The notes under the pieces: generated by a model | The model's input: the letters and a program-made list of their open reading frames with translations, nothing else | Told to the model about the DNA's origin: nothing | Databases searched by the model: none | Shown: positions 51,059 through 62,790 of the stretch, piece after piece | How positions within the stretch are numbered: position 1 is the stretch's first letter | Layout of the letters: each line of letters begins with the position of its first letter | Made by a program: the position numbers and the translations under genes | Source of the DNA: Antechinus flavipes | Taxonomy: Eukaryota | Assembly: GCF_016432865.1 (NCBI RefSeq) | Contig: NC_067399.1 | Coordinates: 389,670,001 to 389,734,000 of the forward strand | DNA length: 64,000 nucleotides | Direction: 5' to 3'

Positions 51059-51588
51059 TGAAGGGGGAGGGAAACTAAGTTCCCTTTAAAATTAACACTC
51101 TGAAACTGTGTTCCCTTTTTATCTTGGAGTCTCAGGCCCTCCTGGGAAAGCATATCTCCCTAGATTAGTTAAGTGTCATTATTCAATTAGAAATCTTGGT
51201 CAAAAAGTACACCATTGATCTTTTGGAGTTGCCAGACTTTTATAAATTCCAATTGGAGATCTGGGCCAGATATTGATAAGCTTCTAAGTCTGGGGACTTT
51301 GACTTTTTTTTCAATCTGAAACCTGTGCTTCAAGATTCCTTTTTAAAGGGCAGTTTCTGAATTCGTTCTTTGCAGAATGTCCAAAGTAGGACCCTGCCTG
51401 CTGAGAAGGCATTCTTTTCTTAGTGCCCTCTATTCCCCTAATAGGACTTTGCCACTAAAGAAGTCAGTCTTTTAGCAAAATTGGCTTCCTATCCAATAAT
51501 AAACTTCCATTTTTGCCATTAATATTTTGGGATTTATGAATTCTTTCACCAAGAACCTGCACCTCCATCCAAAAGGGGATTTTCATCA
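51059..51588 (+). mobile_element. ERV solo LTR, family A copy 1
   Basis: Starts TGAAGGGG, ends CATCA, GAAT on both flanks (4-bp TSD), internal AATAAA; homologous to 57940-58494. Confidence 0.85.
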
Positions 51589-53088
51589 GAATCAGTGGTT
51601 ATCCACACTCTATAAAAAGCATAAGTATACACACACATATATATATACATATAAAATTTAAAAATTCAATATCTGGTAATTTCCCTTTATCTACTCAATT
51701 TCTGAAACCCTACTGGATGAAAGCCAAGTGACATAACAGGACTGGAATTAAAGACAGAGAAAACTCATCTGTACTAAAGGTAGACTAGATAGAAGAGGCT
51801 ACAAAATTCCTTTTAGTCTTGTTTTCAGATCAGTAAAATTCTTAACTTCCTTTCCCTTGCAGGCAGTCTATCTGTGGATTTGCCTTCTTTATTTAGGGAA
51901 GGATTCAATTGGTCTGGATAGAGCTTTTGTTCCTCTTTTGAATTCAAGAAGACTAATACAGTCTTGGGAGATGCCTTCATTTGCACATGAATCGGATTTA
52001 AGCGAGATCAAGTTGCCCAAACTTGTAAGCTATTTACTAAAGCTTCAGCTCCTAATTTACAGAGGAGTGTAGTGCCTATTGGGGAGTGGAGAAATGTAAT
52101 TATAAATTAATTTATAAATTAAATCTTCTCACTTTTCTTCACTTCCACTAAATCTATACTCTGAACCCAAATTCAAAATCCAGCTGCTAACTGGGAATGT
52201 GGGAGCTGGCATGATATGCAGCAGTTTATTTGTATAAATTCCCACAGATTATAATAGCTGTAGTTGAAAACAACTGTAGAGATTATCTGATCCACAGTCC
52301 TCACCTTACAGAGGAGGAAAATGAGACAAGTGACTTGCCCAAGATCACAGAAGCAGAACCTATCACAGTGGCAATTTGAACCTGTGAATGGAATAAATGA
52401 AGATTTCTCAGAAGACTGTAGAGCAGACACCCGGCCTAAGTTTCAGGAGGTTATGTGACCACTATGAAATAGGATCCGCACTACCATGTCAGCCCTGCTC
52501 TTGCTAAATAATGAGACAGCAATATGTGTCATACCACAGGAGTACACAGAGTCCCCTAATTTGTTTGGGCAAGTCTTGGAGGACTTTGACCCCAACCCTG
52601 GTATCAGAGTCTTTTAACAAGTAGATGGCTTATCGATAACTAGGAAGAAAAGGGAGGAGATCAGCCAGGCCACTATTAGTTAGGATGCTAAACTTTTTGG
52701 GATCATGGGGACTGAGGGTATCTAAAGAAAAGTTATGGTTTGTGGTCAGAGAAGTAAAGTATCTTGGCCACCTTATCAGTGAAGGGAGAAAGAGATTGCA
52801 TCTTTCTCTAGTGGAAAAGATATTGCAAACACCACAACCTAGGACTGAGAAGGACCAAAGAAATTCCTGGATTTAATAGGGTACTGTAGAAATAGGACTG
52901 ATTCATATGCCACCCTAACCAAACCCTTTTATAGTCACCTGCTTGAGGAAAAACCAGCTCCTAATGGGATCCTAAGAGTGAACATCATTTTCAACAACTG
53001 AAGGAAAGCTTGATTTCAGCACCAGTGCTTGCACTACCCTCCCTAGAGAAATGTTTTCACTTGTTTGTGAACATAGATGAAAGAATAG

Positions 53089-53580
53089 TGATGAGGGGAG
53101 CCCTGAAACTCTCACTCTCTTGAACTTTGGGGAGAAAGCTTGGGAACTCCTTCAGAGGAGATTAGTCCAGGGACTCTCATTCAATTCCAAGATTCTCTAT
53201 TCTGATTCCAGCTCAAACTGCTCCCAGCCCCCACCAAGAGCTGCCCATAAAACAAGCTTCCTTCACTTAATCCCTTGCAGAAGCCCTAATGGTGCCATGC
53301 CAAGGAACCTCTCTCTCCCCTTGGCATAGCTGTGACCCTCTGTCCACTGAAAGACATTCTCTTTCAGCGTTATTCCCTCTTTATCTCTCTCACCTATTTC
53401 CCTAACAAGACCTCATTCACCTCTCTGTCAGTATTTTTCTGCTAGAGGATTTCTTTGCTACCCTGCCTCTAAGGAAGTCAGCCTCCTAGCAAAAACTGAC
53501 CTCTCAGTTCTAATAATAAACTTCTTTTGCAGGTTTAACTTTTTGGGTTCATAAATTCATTCAAAATTCTGAAGAGAGTC
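53089..53580 (+). mobile_element. LTR-like element (family B) interrupting ERV pol; right end uncertain
   Basis: Pol homology stops at 53088 and resumes near 53780; the insert begins TGATGAGGGG and contains AATAAA. Confidence 0.6.
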
Positions 53581-55088
53581 ACCAATCTGCCTGCTTTTTG
53601 ATTTAGGATTGTCCTTACTTGATGTGGAACACTGACGATTAGACTCCCCCCAAAGGTGATTTTCCTGCTTTCCTCCACCAGAAGGGCCATAATTTTGAAA
53701 TATGGAAGTTGAATTATTGGAAAAAGATGATTTGATATTAACTTATAATCATAATCTTAACCCAGATTTCTTAACTGCTCACCTGAGGGACTCATCGAAG
53801 TCAGAGTATTTTGCCTATCAGACCAAGTAAGGGAAGACTTGCAAGATTAATTGGTTTATAAATGGTTTCTCAAGGGTGGTGGATGGGGAAAGGAGCTCTT
53901 CTTTCAGTCAGGGAACTTACTGAAAGCCTGATCTGCTCAAATCTTTGAACTATATTCCTGAATCAGGAGCTAAAACTATTAAGTAGGTAGGATGGAAACA
54001 TATATATTGACTCCAAATATGCTTGGGGGGTGGTATGTGTTTTTGGGAAAATATTGAAAGAAAGGGGGGGAGTGATGAATAGTAGAGGGAAGGAATTAGT
54101 ACGTATCACACTGTTGGCTCAGTTTCTAAGTAATTTTTTGTTGCCAGAGTCTGTAGCCATTGTACATGTGACAGGACACCAGCCAGGAGACTCTTTTGAA
54201 GCTAGGGGCAATAGCCATGCCGACTTGCAAGAAAAGTAAGGGAAGAAGAATCTGAGCAGGACACATATATGTTAGTTGTGATCTCTACTTTACCTTGGAG
54301 ACCACCTTCTCCACCCTGTACTCCAGAAGAAAAACTGAAAGCCCAGAGTCTTAGAGTCCAGAAAGACAAGCAGAGAGGATGATTCTCCATCCTCCCCACA
54401 ATGGTTGAGAGGTACTAACTAAAGCAGGTATGAAGCAGGTCTTGCCACACTTGCATCAAGGCAGCCATTGGGATGTCCAGAATCTGTGTGATGCAATTTT
54501 GACCAAGTTTGTATCATCAGGTCTGTATACTTTAGCCCCTCAACTGGTGAATGGTTGTCTTGTTTGTTGAAGGACAAATGAGGTATCCCAAGGCTTTGTG
54601 CCAATGGGAGGGAGACTTCCAGGGCTCAGACCTTTTGAGAGCATCCAGGTAGACTTTACTGAGCTGCCACCAGTAAGCTGTCTCAAATATCTGTTGATCA
54701 TAGTAGACCTTCTAATCTCATGAGTGGAAGCTTTCTCCTTGTCTGCAGTTAGCAAAGTCATTTTGGAGTAAATAATGCTCAGGTATGGAATGATGGAGAG
54801 AATATATTTGGATCAGGAAACACATTTCATTGCTAAAATACTCAGATCCCTAATACAAGCCTTAGAAATTTCTTGGGAATTTCATACTCCTTGGCATCCT
54901 CATTCCTCTGGCAAGGTTGAAAGAATGAACCAGGAGATAAAAAGACAGTTAACTAAATTAACCCTTGAGACCCAGCTGCCCTGGACCAAGTGCCTGCCAT
55001 TGGCACTTCTCAAAAAAAGAACAAAACCTCAAAGGGACATTAGATTATCTCCCTATGACTTTTTGTATGGGCATCCATATCCAGGGTT

Positions 55089-55229
55089 TTAGCAAAACTG
55101 GCTTCCTATCCAACAATAAACTTCCATTTTTGCCAATTAATATGTCAGGTTTCATGAATTTTTTCATGTTGAATCCGTGCACTGAATAAAAGGGGATTTC
55201 CAAAACTCTGACTGTTATTAACTTCATCA
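55089..55229 (+). mobile_element. 3' fragment of LTR family A joined to the integrase end
   Basis: TTAGCAAAACTGGCTTCCTATCCAACAATAAAC...CATCA matches the 3' part of 51059-51588 and 57940-58494. Confidence 0.75.
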
Positions 55230-56499
55230 GTAAGACCCAAATTCTTTTTCTTACTGGGACAGGAAGGGAAGCATTTAGGAATCTGGTTATAAGATGATCT
55301 CAAGAGGGAGAAAATGAATATAAATACTTCCATTACCCAAAAGGAAGATGGAGGTGTGAATAGATGATGAGACTCTTGGCCCCAGTGTATGTGTGTTTAT
55401 ATATATGTTAATATATAAATATAAAAAATAAATATATAATATAGGCTATAGAGGTCATCATTTAATCAGACAAAGCCTTAGATTTATTAGCTGACCAGGC
55501 CACCCAAACTAGAGAAGCAGTATTACCACATAGATTGGTGATAGATTATCTCCTAGATGAGTAAGGTGGGGTTTGTGGAAAATTCAATTTGTCTAATTTT
55601 TGTATGAAAATTGATGACAATGATAAATTGGTCAAGGAAATTACTAAAGATATTAGAAAGTTTGCTCATGTTCCAGTTCAAATGTGGAAGTCCTCCTTTG
55701 ATATCTTGTGGTGATCTTGGTTTGGTGGGAGTTGGTAGAAGCAGAGTCTCTGGTTCCTGCTCATTATTTTTAGCAGTATTGTCTTATTACTCACTTATTA
55801 TACTCACCTTGTATGATACGTTTAATCACTATAATAGTTTGAAATTCTCAGTAAAGGCTTCTGCTGATGTAAGGGTGCTAGTCCTGAACAGACAAGTATG
55901 GATCCTAATAGATACTGAGGTAAAAAATGAATTGGAGGGCGGAGATAACATGGAGGCCCTAGTAGAAGGAATGTATCAGGACTGGTGTGAGAAATCTTCA
56001 GGTTAGTATAAATAAGAGCAGGAATTAAATGGAATAAATGAAGATTTCTCAGAAAATTGTAGGATAAAGTAGAGCGGACCCTAGGCCTAAGTTTCAGGAG
56101 GTCATGTGATCACTATGAAACAGAATATGCACTACCACATCAGCACTGCTCCTGCCAAATAAGGAGACATTGTTGTACTTTGGGCAATAGTCCCTTTCCT
56201 GTTCCTGGGGCTCCAGCAAATGAATTTAAAAATCACCAGGATAAGGAGAGGACCCATGTTTTTTTCAGCTATATAACCCAGGCTCTGCTTCTGTATTGTA
56301 CCCCCCACACGCTATTAGACTGCCTAGTGAGTGTGTTGGCCCACTTTCTGTTTGTATCTGGAGATACCTCTGAGTAGGAATTTGGATAAAGAGGGGCTTA
56401 GTGCTTAGCTCCCCATACCTGGATCTTGTAACTCTACACATACCACTAGTCTTTTTACTCCAGACTGCCTATTATTTGATCATCAGAATAGTCCCAATT

Positions 56500-57845
56500 A
56501 AAACTGGGACACTGATGCATTGTTGGTGGAATTGTGAACAGATCCAAGCATTCTGGAGAGCAATTTGGAACTATGCTCAAAAAGTTATCAAACTGTGCAT
56601 ACCCTTTGGTCCAGCAGTATTACTACTAGGCTTGTATCCCAAAGAGATCTTAAAGAAGGGAAAGGGACCTGTATGTGCAAGAATGTTTGTGGCTGCCCTT
56701 TTGTAGTGGCCAGAAACTGGAAACTGAGTTAATGCCGATCAAATGGAGAATGGCTGAATAAATTGTGATATATGAATGTTATGGAATATTATTGTTCTAT
56801 AAGAAATGACCAGCAGAAGGATTTCAGAAAAGCCTGGAGAGACATGAACTGATGCTAAGTGAAATGAGCAGAACCAGGAGATCATTATACACTTCAACAA
56901 CGATACTGTATGAGGATGTATTCTGATGGAAGTGGATTTCTTCGACAAAGAGAAAATCTAACTCAGTTTCAATTGCTCAATGATAGATAGAAGCAGCTAC
57001 ACCCAAAGAAAGAACGCTGGGAAATGAATGTAAACTGCTTGCATTTTGGTTTTTCTTCCCAGATTATTTTTACCTTCTAAATCCAATTCTTCCTGTGCAA
57101 CAAGAGAATTGTTTGGTTCTGCACACATATATTATATCTAGGATATACGGTGACATATTTAACATGTATAGGACTGCTTGCCATCTTGGGGAGGGGGTGG
57201 AGGGAGGGAGGGGAAAAATCAGAACAGAAGTGAGTGCAAGGGATAATGTAAAAAATGACCCTGGCATGGGTTCTGTCAATAAAAAGTTATAATTATTAAA
57301 AAAAAGAAAAAGAAAAAACCCAAAATGCAGAAAAGGAGAAAAAAAAAAAAGAAATGAGCAGAACCTGGAGATCATTACACACGGCAACAAGATGACTATA
57401 CAACGATCAATTTTGATGGACACAGCTCTTTTTAATATTGAGATGATTCAAACCAGTTCCACTTGTGCAGTGACGAAGAGAACCATCTACACCCAGAGAG
57501 AGAACTGTGGGAACAGAGTGTGGAACACAATATAGCATTCTCACTCTCTCTGTTGTTATTTGCTTGCACTGTATTTTCTTAGTTTTTCTTTTACTTCCTT
57601 CTTGATCTGATTTTTCTTGTGCAACAAGATAATTGTATAAATATGTATACATATAATGTATCTAAGACGCATTTCAACATATTTAACATGTATTGGATTA
57701 CCTGCCAGCTAGGGGAGGGGGTACAGAAAAGAGGGGAAAATTTGCAACAAAAGGTTATGCAAGGGTCAATGTTGGAAAAATTGCCCCATGCATATGCTTT
57801 GTAAGTAAAAAGCTTCAATAAAAAAGTAAATTAATTTAAAAAAGA
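56500..57845 (+). mobile_element. Two tandem 5'-truncated L1 3' ends (about 56500-57320 and 57340-57845)
   Basis: ORF2 end (KTGTLMHCWWNCEQIQAFWRAIWNYAQK...KGPVCARMF), 3' UTR and A-tail, followed by an older L1 3' UTR with an A-rich end. Confidence 0.85.
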
Positions 57846-57926
57846 ATAATCCCAGTTGCCTATCTTAGAAATGAGTCCTGTTTTCACTATATTAAAATAT
57901 ATTAACATAGAAAATATACTAGTATA

Positions 57927-59026
57927 TGTGATGTAATATTGAAGGGGGAGGGAAACTGTTCCCTTTACTGAAACTGTTCTCTTTAAGAATATCACTCTGA
58001 AACTGTGTTTCCATTTGATCTGTGATCTCTTTTGGAGTCTCCCCCCCGAGAGAACTTTTCTTTCAGGGATGCCAGACCCTTTGATTCAATTAGAAATCTT
58101 GGTCAAAAAGCACCCCTTTGAAGTGTTGTTAATTCCAATAGGAGATCTGGGCCGGATACTCATAAGTATCTAGGCCTGGAAACTTGGCTTCCTTTTCAAC
58201 CTGAAGCCACAAGATTCCTTTTAAAGGGCAGTTTCTCACTCCTTGCAGAAGGCCTGAAGCTGCTTGCTCTGCTGCTAGAACCCTGCCTGCTGAGAAGGCA
58301 TTCTCTTCTCAGCATCAGCCTCTATTTCCCTAAGAGGACTTTGCCACTAAAGAGTCAGTCTCAGCAGAACTGGCTTCCTGTCCAACAATAAACTTTCATT
58401 TTTGCCAATTAATATTTTGGGTTTCATGATATGAAGAACCTGTGTGTCGACCGTAAGGGGATTTTAACAACTCTGACTGCCACTAACCTCATCAATATAG
58501 CTTCTAGGGGAGATAGCAATGATTTTGAAGTACCCTTGCCTTGGAGTGCTATTCTAACAGTCTGTCAATGATTGGAAAAGGCTTCTGGCCTAGGAATATA
58601 ATAATATTTTTCCCTTAGGTTTTAGGAAGATATATTAGTGATCCTGAGACCCCCTGACTTTAGAGTACTGACAATGTCTGTAATGATTCTAAAGTCTTCA
58701 GGCCTTAAAATAGTCCTACAAACACTATTGACTGATAGATATAATCTGTTGGTCAATGACAATCAAGTTCCCGAGACAATAGTGAATAAAACTACCCCTT
58801 AAACCTACCTGAAAGCCATAAAATTAGCAAATAAGTAACAAGAAGCTCTGATCCAACTCTATCCCATAAATCTATCTCCTTTCTCTTGGTTCCTTGCTAA
58901 TCTCTTTTGAAATTTAGTCTGCTTCTGTTGGCATTACAATTCTAATAAACTTTGCCCCTTGACTAGGACATCATGACATCGGTCTGTGACCCCAAACGTT
59001 TGGGGTCCCCTTTCCCAATCTCAACA
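57927..59026 (+). mobile_element. Solo LTR (family D) interrupted by LTR family A copy 2
   Basis: Starts TG at 57927, ends CA at 59026, TATA on both flanks; AATAAA at 58944-58949. Confidence 0.7.
57940..58494 (+). mobile_element. ERV solo LTR, family A copy 2 (555 bp)
   Basis: TGAAGGGG...CATCA with ATAT 4-bp TSD (57936-57939 and 58495-58498). Confidence 0.85.
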
Positions 59027-59549
59027 TATACATTGGTATATTAGAACTAGTAGTTTCTCAGTCATAAACAGGATTTTTTCACTTTTTCCAGAAGTCTCAA
59101 CCTGTTAGATTCAGAATCTACAGGTAGGTGGAACCTGATAGTGCCAGACTTGGAATCAGCAAGACCTAAAGTCAAATCCAGCCTCAGACATCTGTATGAT
59201 CCTGGGCAAGTGTTTGCTGAACCTCAGCTTCTTCATTTGTAAAATAGGGATAATAATAGCACCTATTTCCCAGGGGTGTTGTGAAGATACAGTGAAAATA
59301 ATATTTGTGGGATGCTTCAAACATGAAAGCTAGCAATATGCATGCTGGTTGTTCCTTCTCTTATTAATAATTCTGCATTTTCAGAAGAAAATTATGAGAC
59401 TGATGGATTTGTTTGGGATTTCAGACTACTGCTGATATCGCCTTATTCATTTCCCATTCTGTACGCCCATTTTTATACAAGAAATCCATTTACTTTTGAT
59501 AAGTGAAAGGATTGCTGTCTACACTTGTTTATTCCAAATCCTGCGGTGG

Positions 59550-60320
59550 GAGGAGGCTGGAGGCCGCTCAGGGGCGTAGACTCGGCATCCGGAGCTGGAG
59601 GAATGTTGAGGGGCGGATGAAGACAGCGGCTGCGAGGGGGAGGTTGAGCAGCTTGAGCTGGGGGCGGGGGTGGGAGCGCCACAGGAGACGGGGAGAGAGG
59701 GCTCTGGCCTTACCGACGGGAGAAAGACCGGATAAGCAACTTCCTTTAGGAAGTCGCGAATTAGGGAAGTGAAACCAGATTTGCCCTAGCAAGCCGCGCT
59801 GGCCCTCGGAGGCTCCGCCCTGCGCTCCGCAGCCCCGCCCGACCCCCCGCCACCGGAAGTGCAGCTGTAGGGCGAGTCTAGGCGCCTCCCGCCCCTCCTC
59901 CTTCTTCTTCTCTTTTTCCTCCTCCCCCAGCCGCCTCTGCCGCCGCCCGCTGCCCGCCGCCCGTCCTAGGCCTGGTCCTATTGTGCCCGCAAAGCGCCTG
60001 GGGTCATGTGGAATCATCGCAGCGGCCGCCTCCGGGCCCATGGCTACAATCTGCAAGAGCAGCGGGATCGCTGGCGGGAGCGGGAGGCAGGTGCGGCCCG
60101 CGCCGGAGGGGCCGCGGTGCTCTGGGGCTGCATCCTCCCTCTAGACTCGATGGCCCCCGGCCCAGAGCCTCTGAACCCTTTTGCCCTCCCCCCATCCCTT
60201 TTGTCCCCTCCCGACAGCTTCTGACCCCTGTGATTCCCATCTATTCCCCCCAGCCCCATTCTGGCCTCCTTGATCCCCATTCTTCGCCCCCGGATCCTCC
60301 GATCCCCTAATCTTGCCTCT
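59550..60320 (+). promoter_or_regulatory. TMCO6 CpG-island promoter (approximate)
   Basis: CpG-dense; CCGGAAGTG ETS site and CCCCGCCC boxes upstream of the ATG. Confidence 0.75.
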
Positions 60321-61861
60321 GGGATCTGCCCAAAGGCCCTGGTAATTTTGATTTCCCTCCTCTCCTTCCAGACCTGTAACATATACCCCTCCCCCCTTCT
60401 TCTGCCCGTCCTTGGCTTTTCAGATCTTACTACCGAGAGCCCCAGAACCCTGTGACGCCCCCTTTTCCCCTCCCCAACTCTGGCCTCCTCGGATAACTCA
60501 CTCCTAAATTTCCTCTCTGCCCTTCTGATCCCCCTTAATCTCCTTCCTTCTTCTCCTCGGGTGCTCCCCCTTGCTCATTTACAATCTCTAGACCCTGTGT
60601 GTTCCCTAGCTCGCCCCCCCCAAAAAAAAACCTCCCCCCTTCCACTCTCCCAATCCTCCCTTATCCCCCATTCTGACCCACTGGCCCTTGTAACTCTGCC
60701 GACCCCTCCCACTCCCAGACTTGGCTTGACCTGAGCCGGTTCCTTTTTGTGACCCCCAGTCTCTGGCCTCTGAGATTTTTGGCCTCCAGCTTTGGCCTAA
60801 ACTTCTTGGCCATATTCTCCCACTTGGGGCCTGATCCTTTGGTCTGTGTATTCTCTAGCCTTAACTTGATCCCCCATGTCCCCCACTTTGGATTTGAGCT
60901 CCTGGCCTCTTTCCTCCAGCTTTAAGGAAGGCCAGGCGGGAACAGCACCTGGTCAGCAAGAGATTGCTGAGGGACAGCGACCTGGAAGAACCCAGGGATG
61001 AATTCCAGAATAAGCCCCTGGAAGAGCTGGAGGTGAGTTAATGCTGTAGGCTATTTCTTCGATGACAAAGGGTTCTCGGCTGCCTAGTACTTTGAACCAC
61101 TATCCAAATGAATACAAAACACCTTGACTGCTACTGGTGCTTAATAGGTTGTTAGGTTTGGTTAAGAGAACCCTGGGTTATAAATAACCTGGGGTCATTT
61201 AATTGTTTACATACTTTAAAGATTACTGGGCTCTATCTCTTCTGTGACTAACTCTCCACTGTTCCACAGGTGCTACACTTACTCCGGATGTCTCAACGGG
61301 GAACGGAGAAGGAGAAGGAGAAGGCTTTAATCAGCCTACGGCATAGCCTACAGCATCCTGAAACACAGCAGACTTTTATCAGGTCTGTACTCTTATCTCT
61401 GTGGCTAGAGTATCTGGGGTGTGGAGACTTCGGAAAGCAGATCTTGATTCCTGGGGAAGAAAGGCAACCCAGGAAAATGTTTGGATTTCATAGGATTATC
61501 TAGTCCAACTCTTCTTCTGGAGAGGGGAAATGAGACCCTGAGAATTAAAGTGATTTGTCTGAATTCTCAGAGCTATTTACATAGTAGAGTTGAGATTTGA
61601 ATCTGGCTTTATTTGTTTGGAGATTGGGAGGGACCTGTTGCACGGGTTGAGCCAAATTCTAATATTTGGTATTACAGGCTAGAAGGCAGTATTCGTACAC
61701 TCATCGGACTCCTGACTAGCAACTGGGCTTCACTGCAGATGGAGGCAGCTCGATGTCTGCATGAACTCTCCCATGCTGACCAGCCCAATGTGGCGGAAGC
61801 CTGCCTGCCTTCCACATCCTACCTCCTCACATACCTTTCTGGGCACAGTGCTGACTTCATA
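60006..61861 (+). CDS. TMCO6: Transmembrane and coiled-coil domain-containing protein 6 (IBB/ARM-like), first four coding exons; continues beyond the window
   Basis: Exons 60006-60090 (MWNHRSGRLR...REREA), 60920-61032 (ALRKARREQHLVSKRLLR), 61270-61382 (LQHPETQQTFI) and 61678-61861 (RLEGSIRTLIGLLTSN...EAARCLHELSH...TSYLLTYLSGHSADFI); phases consistent. Confidence 0.95.
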
Positions 61862-62589
61862 GTAAGAGCTCACCCTATTCCCTTTAACCCTTCACTTAGT
61901 GTGTGGGAGCCAAAAGAAGGTTATTAGAGTTCACTAGTTCAATAGTGATGAGTGATCGATATGGAGGACCAGATATATGAGTTGTCTAGCCAAGGGTCCC
62001 ATGTGGTAGGTAGTAGAACTGAGATTCCTAGGTCCTGCATTCCAATTCTGGAGTTCTTTTTACTTTGTACTTATTGTCTCCATTTATCCTTTTTTCCCCT
62101 TTTCATTTTGATTCTCCAGAGATAATGTTTCTATGTAACTTCCGTTTTTATGACTTTAATTAGCGCTTTTAAATGACTCTTTTGGAATATATATGCTTTT
62201 ATTTAAAAAAATTTTTTTGTTAAAATTTAACATTGAACTTCAATAAGTCACTAAACTTGTTTACTAATTATTACATTTAAATTCATTCCAGTGCATAAAA
62301 CATCATATAAGAGAGGCAGAATAGTGTAGATAGGGAATTGACCTAGGAATCAAGATCTGGATTCAAGTCTTTTCTGTTATATACTATGTGACTTTGGTCA
62401 CTAGTCACTTAACCTTTCAGTGTCCAGGAAAATCTGTAAGACTATAAATTGCAGGACAATTTCTGATTTGGCTTCTTGTTATGAAATTAGTCTGGCTTTT
62501 AAAAAAGTATTACATGAATTTTTGTCATCCCTTTCTGTTAGATATTTTTAGCCCAAGGTCCATGACATTTAAAAAAAAACTAAATTAAA

Positions 62590-62790
62590 TTTAACAATGA
62601 TTTTTAAAAGTTTTGATTTCCCAGCTCTCTCTCCAAACCCTCTTCCATCCTCGAGAGGGCAAGCAATACGATATCAATTATACATGTGAAGTCATGTAAA
62701 ACATATTTCCTTATTATCCATGTTGCCACCTGCAAAAAAGGCAAGAAAAGTAAAGTGAAAAATGTATGTTTCAATCTGCACCTAGAGTTC
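62590..62790 (-). mobile_element. L1 3'-end fragment in a TMCO6 intron (approximate)
   Basis: Reverse complement resembles the L1 3' UTR at 39230-39400. Confidence 0.55.

Larger units (their letters stand above)
52384..56450 (+). mobile_element. Decayed class I-like ERV provirus remnant (RT, RNase H, integrase) with related terminal segments and internal LTR insertions
   Basis: RT: IPQEYTESPNLFGQVLE and VSKEKL...VKYLGHLISEG. RNase H: IYIDSKYAWGVV and VAIVHVTGHQ. Integrase: PFESIQVDFTELP and HTPWHPHSSGKVERMNQEIKRQL...WTKCLPLAL...LSPYDFLYG. Many stops and frameshifts; ends approximate. Confidence 0.88.

Noticed and set aside
59473-60455. Long Pro/Gly/Arg-rich ORFs around the TMCO6 start
   Set aside because: Typical stop-poor CpG-island frames.
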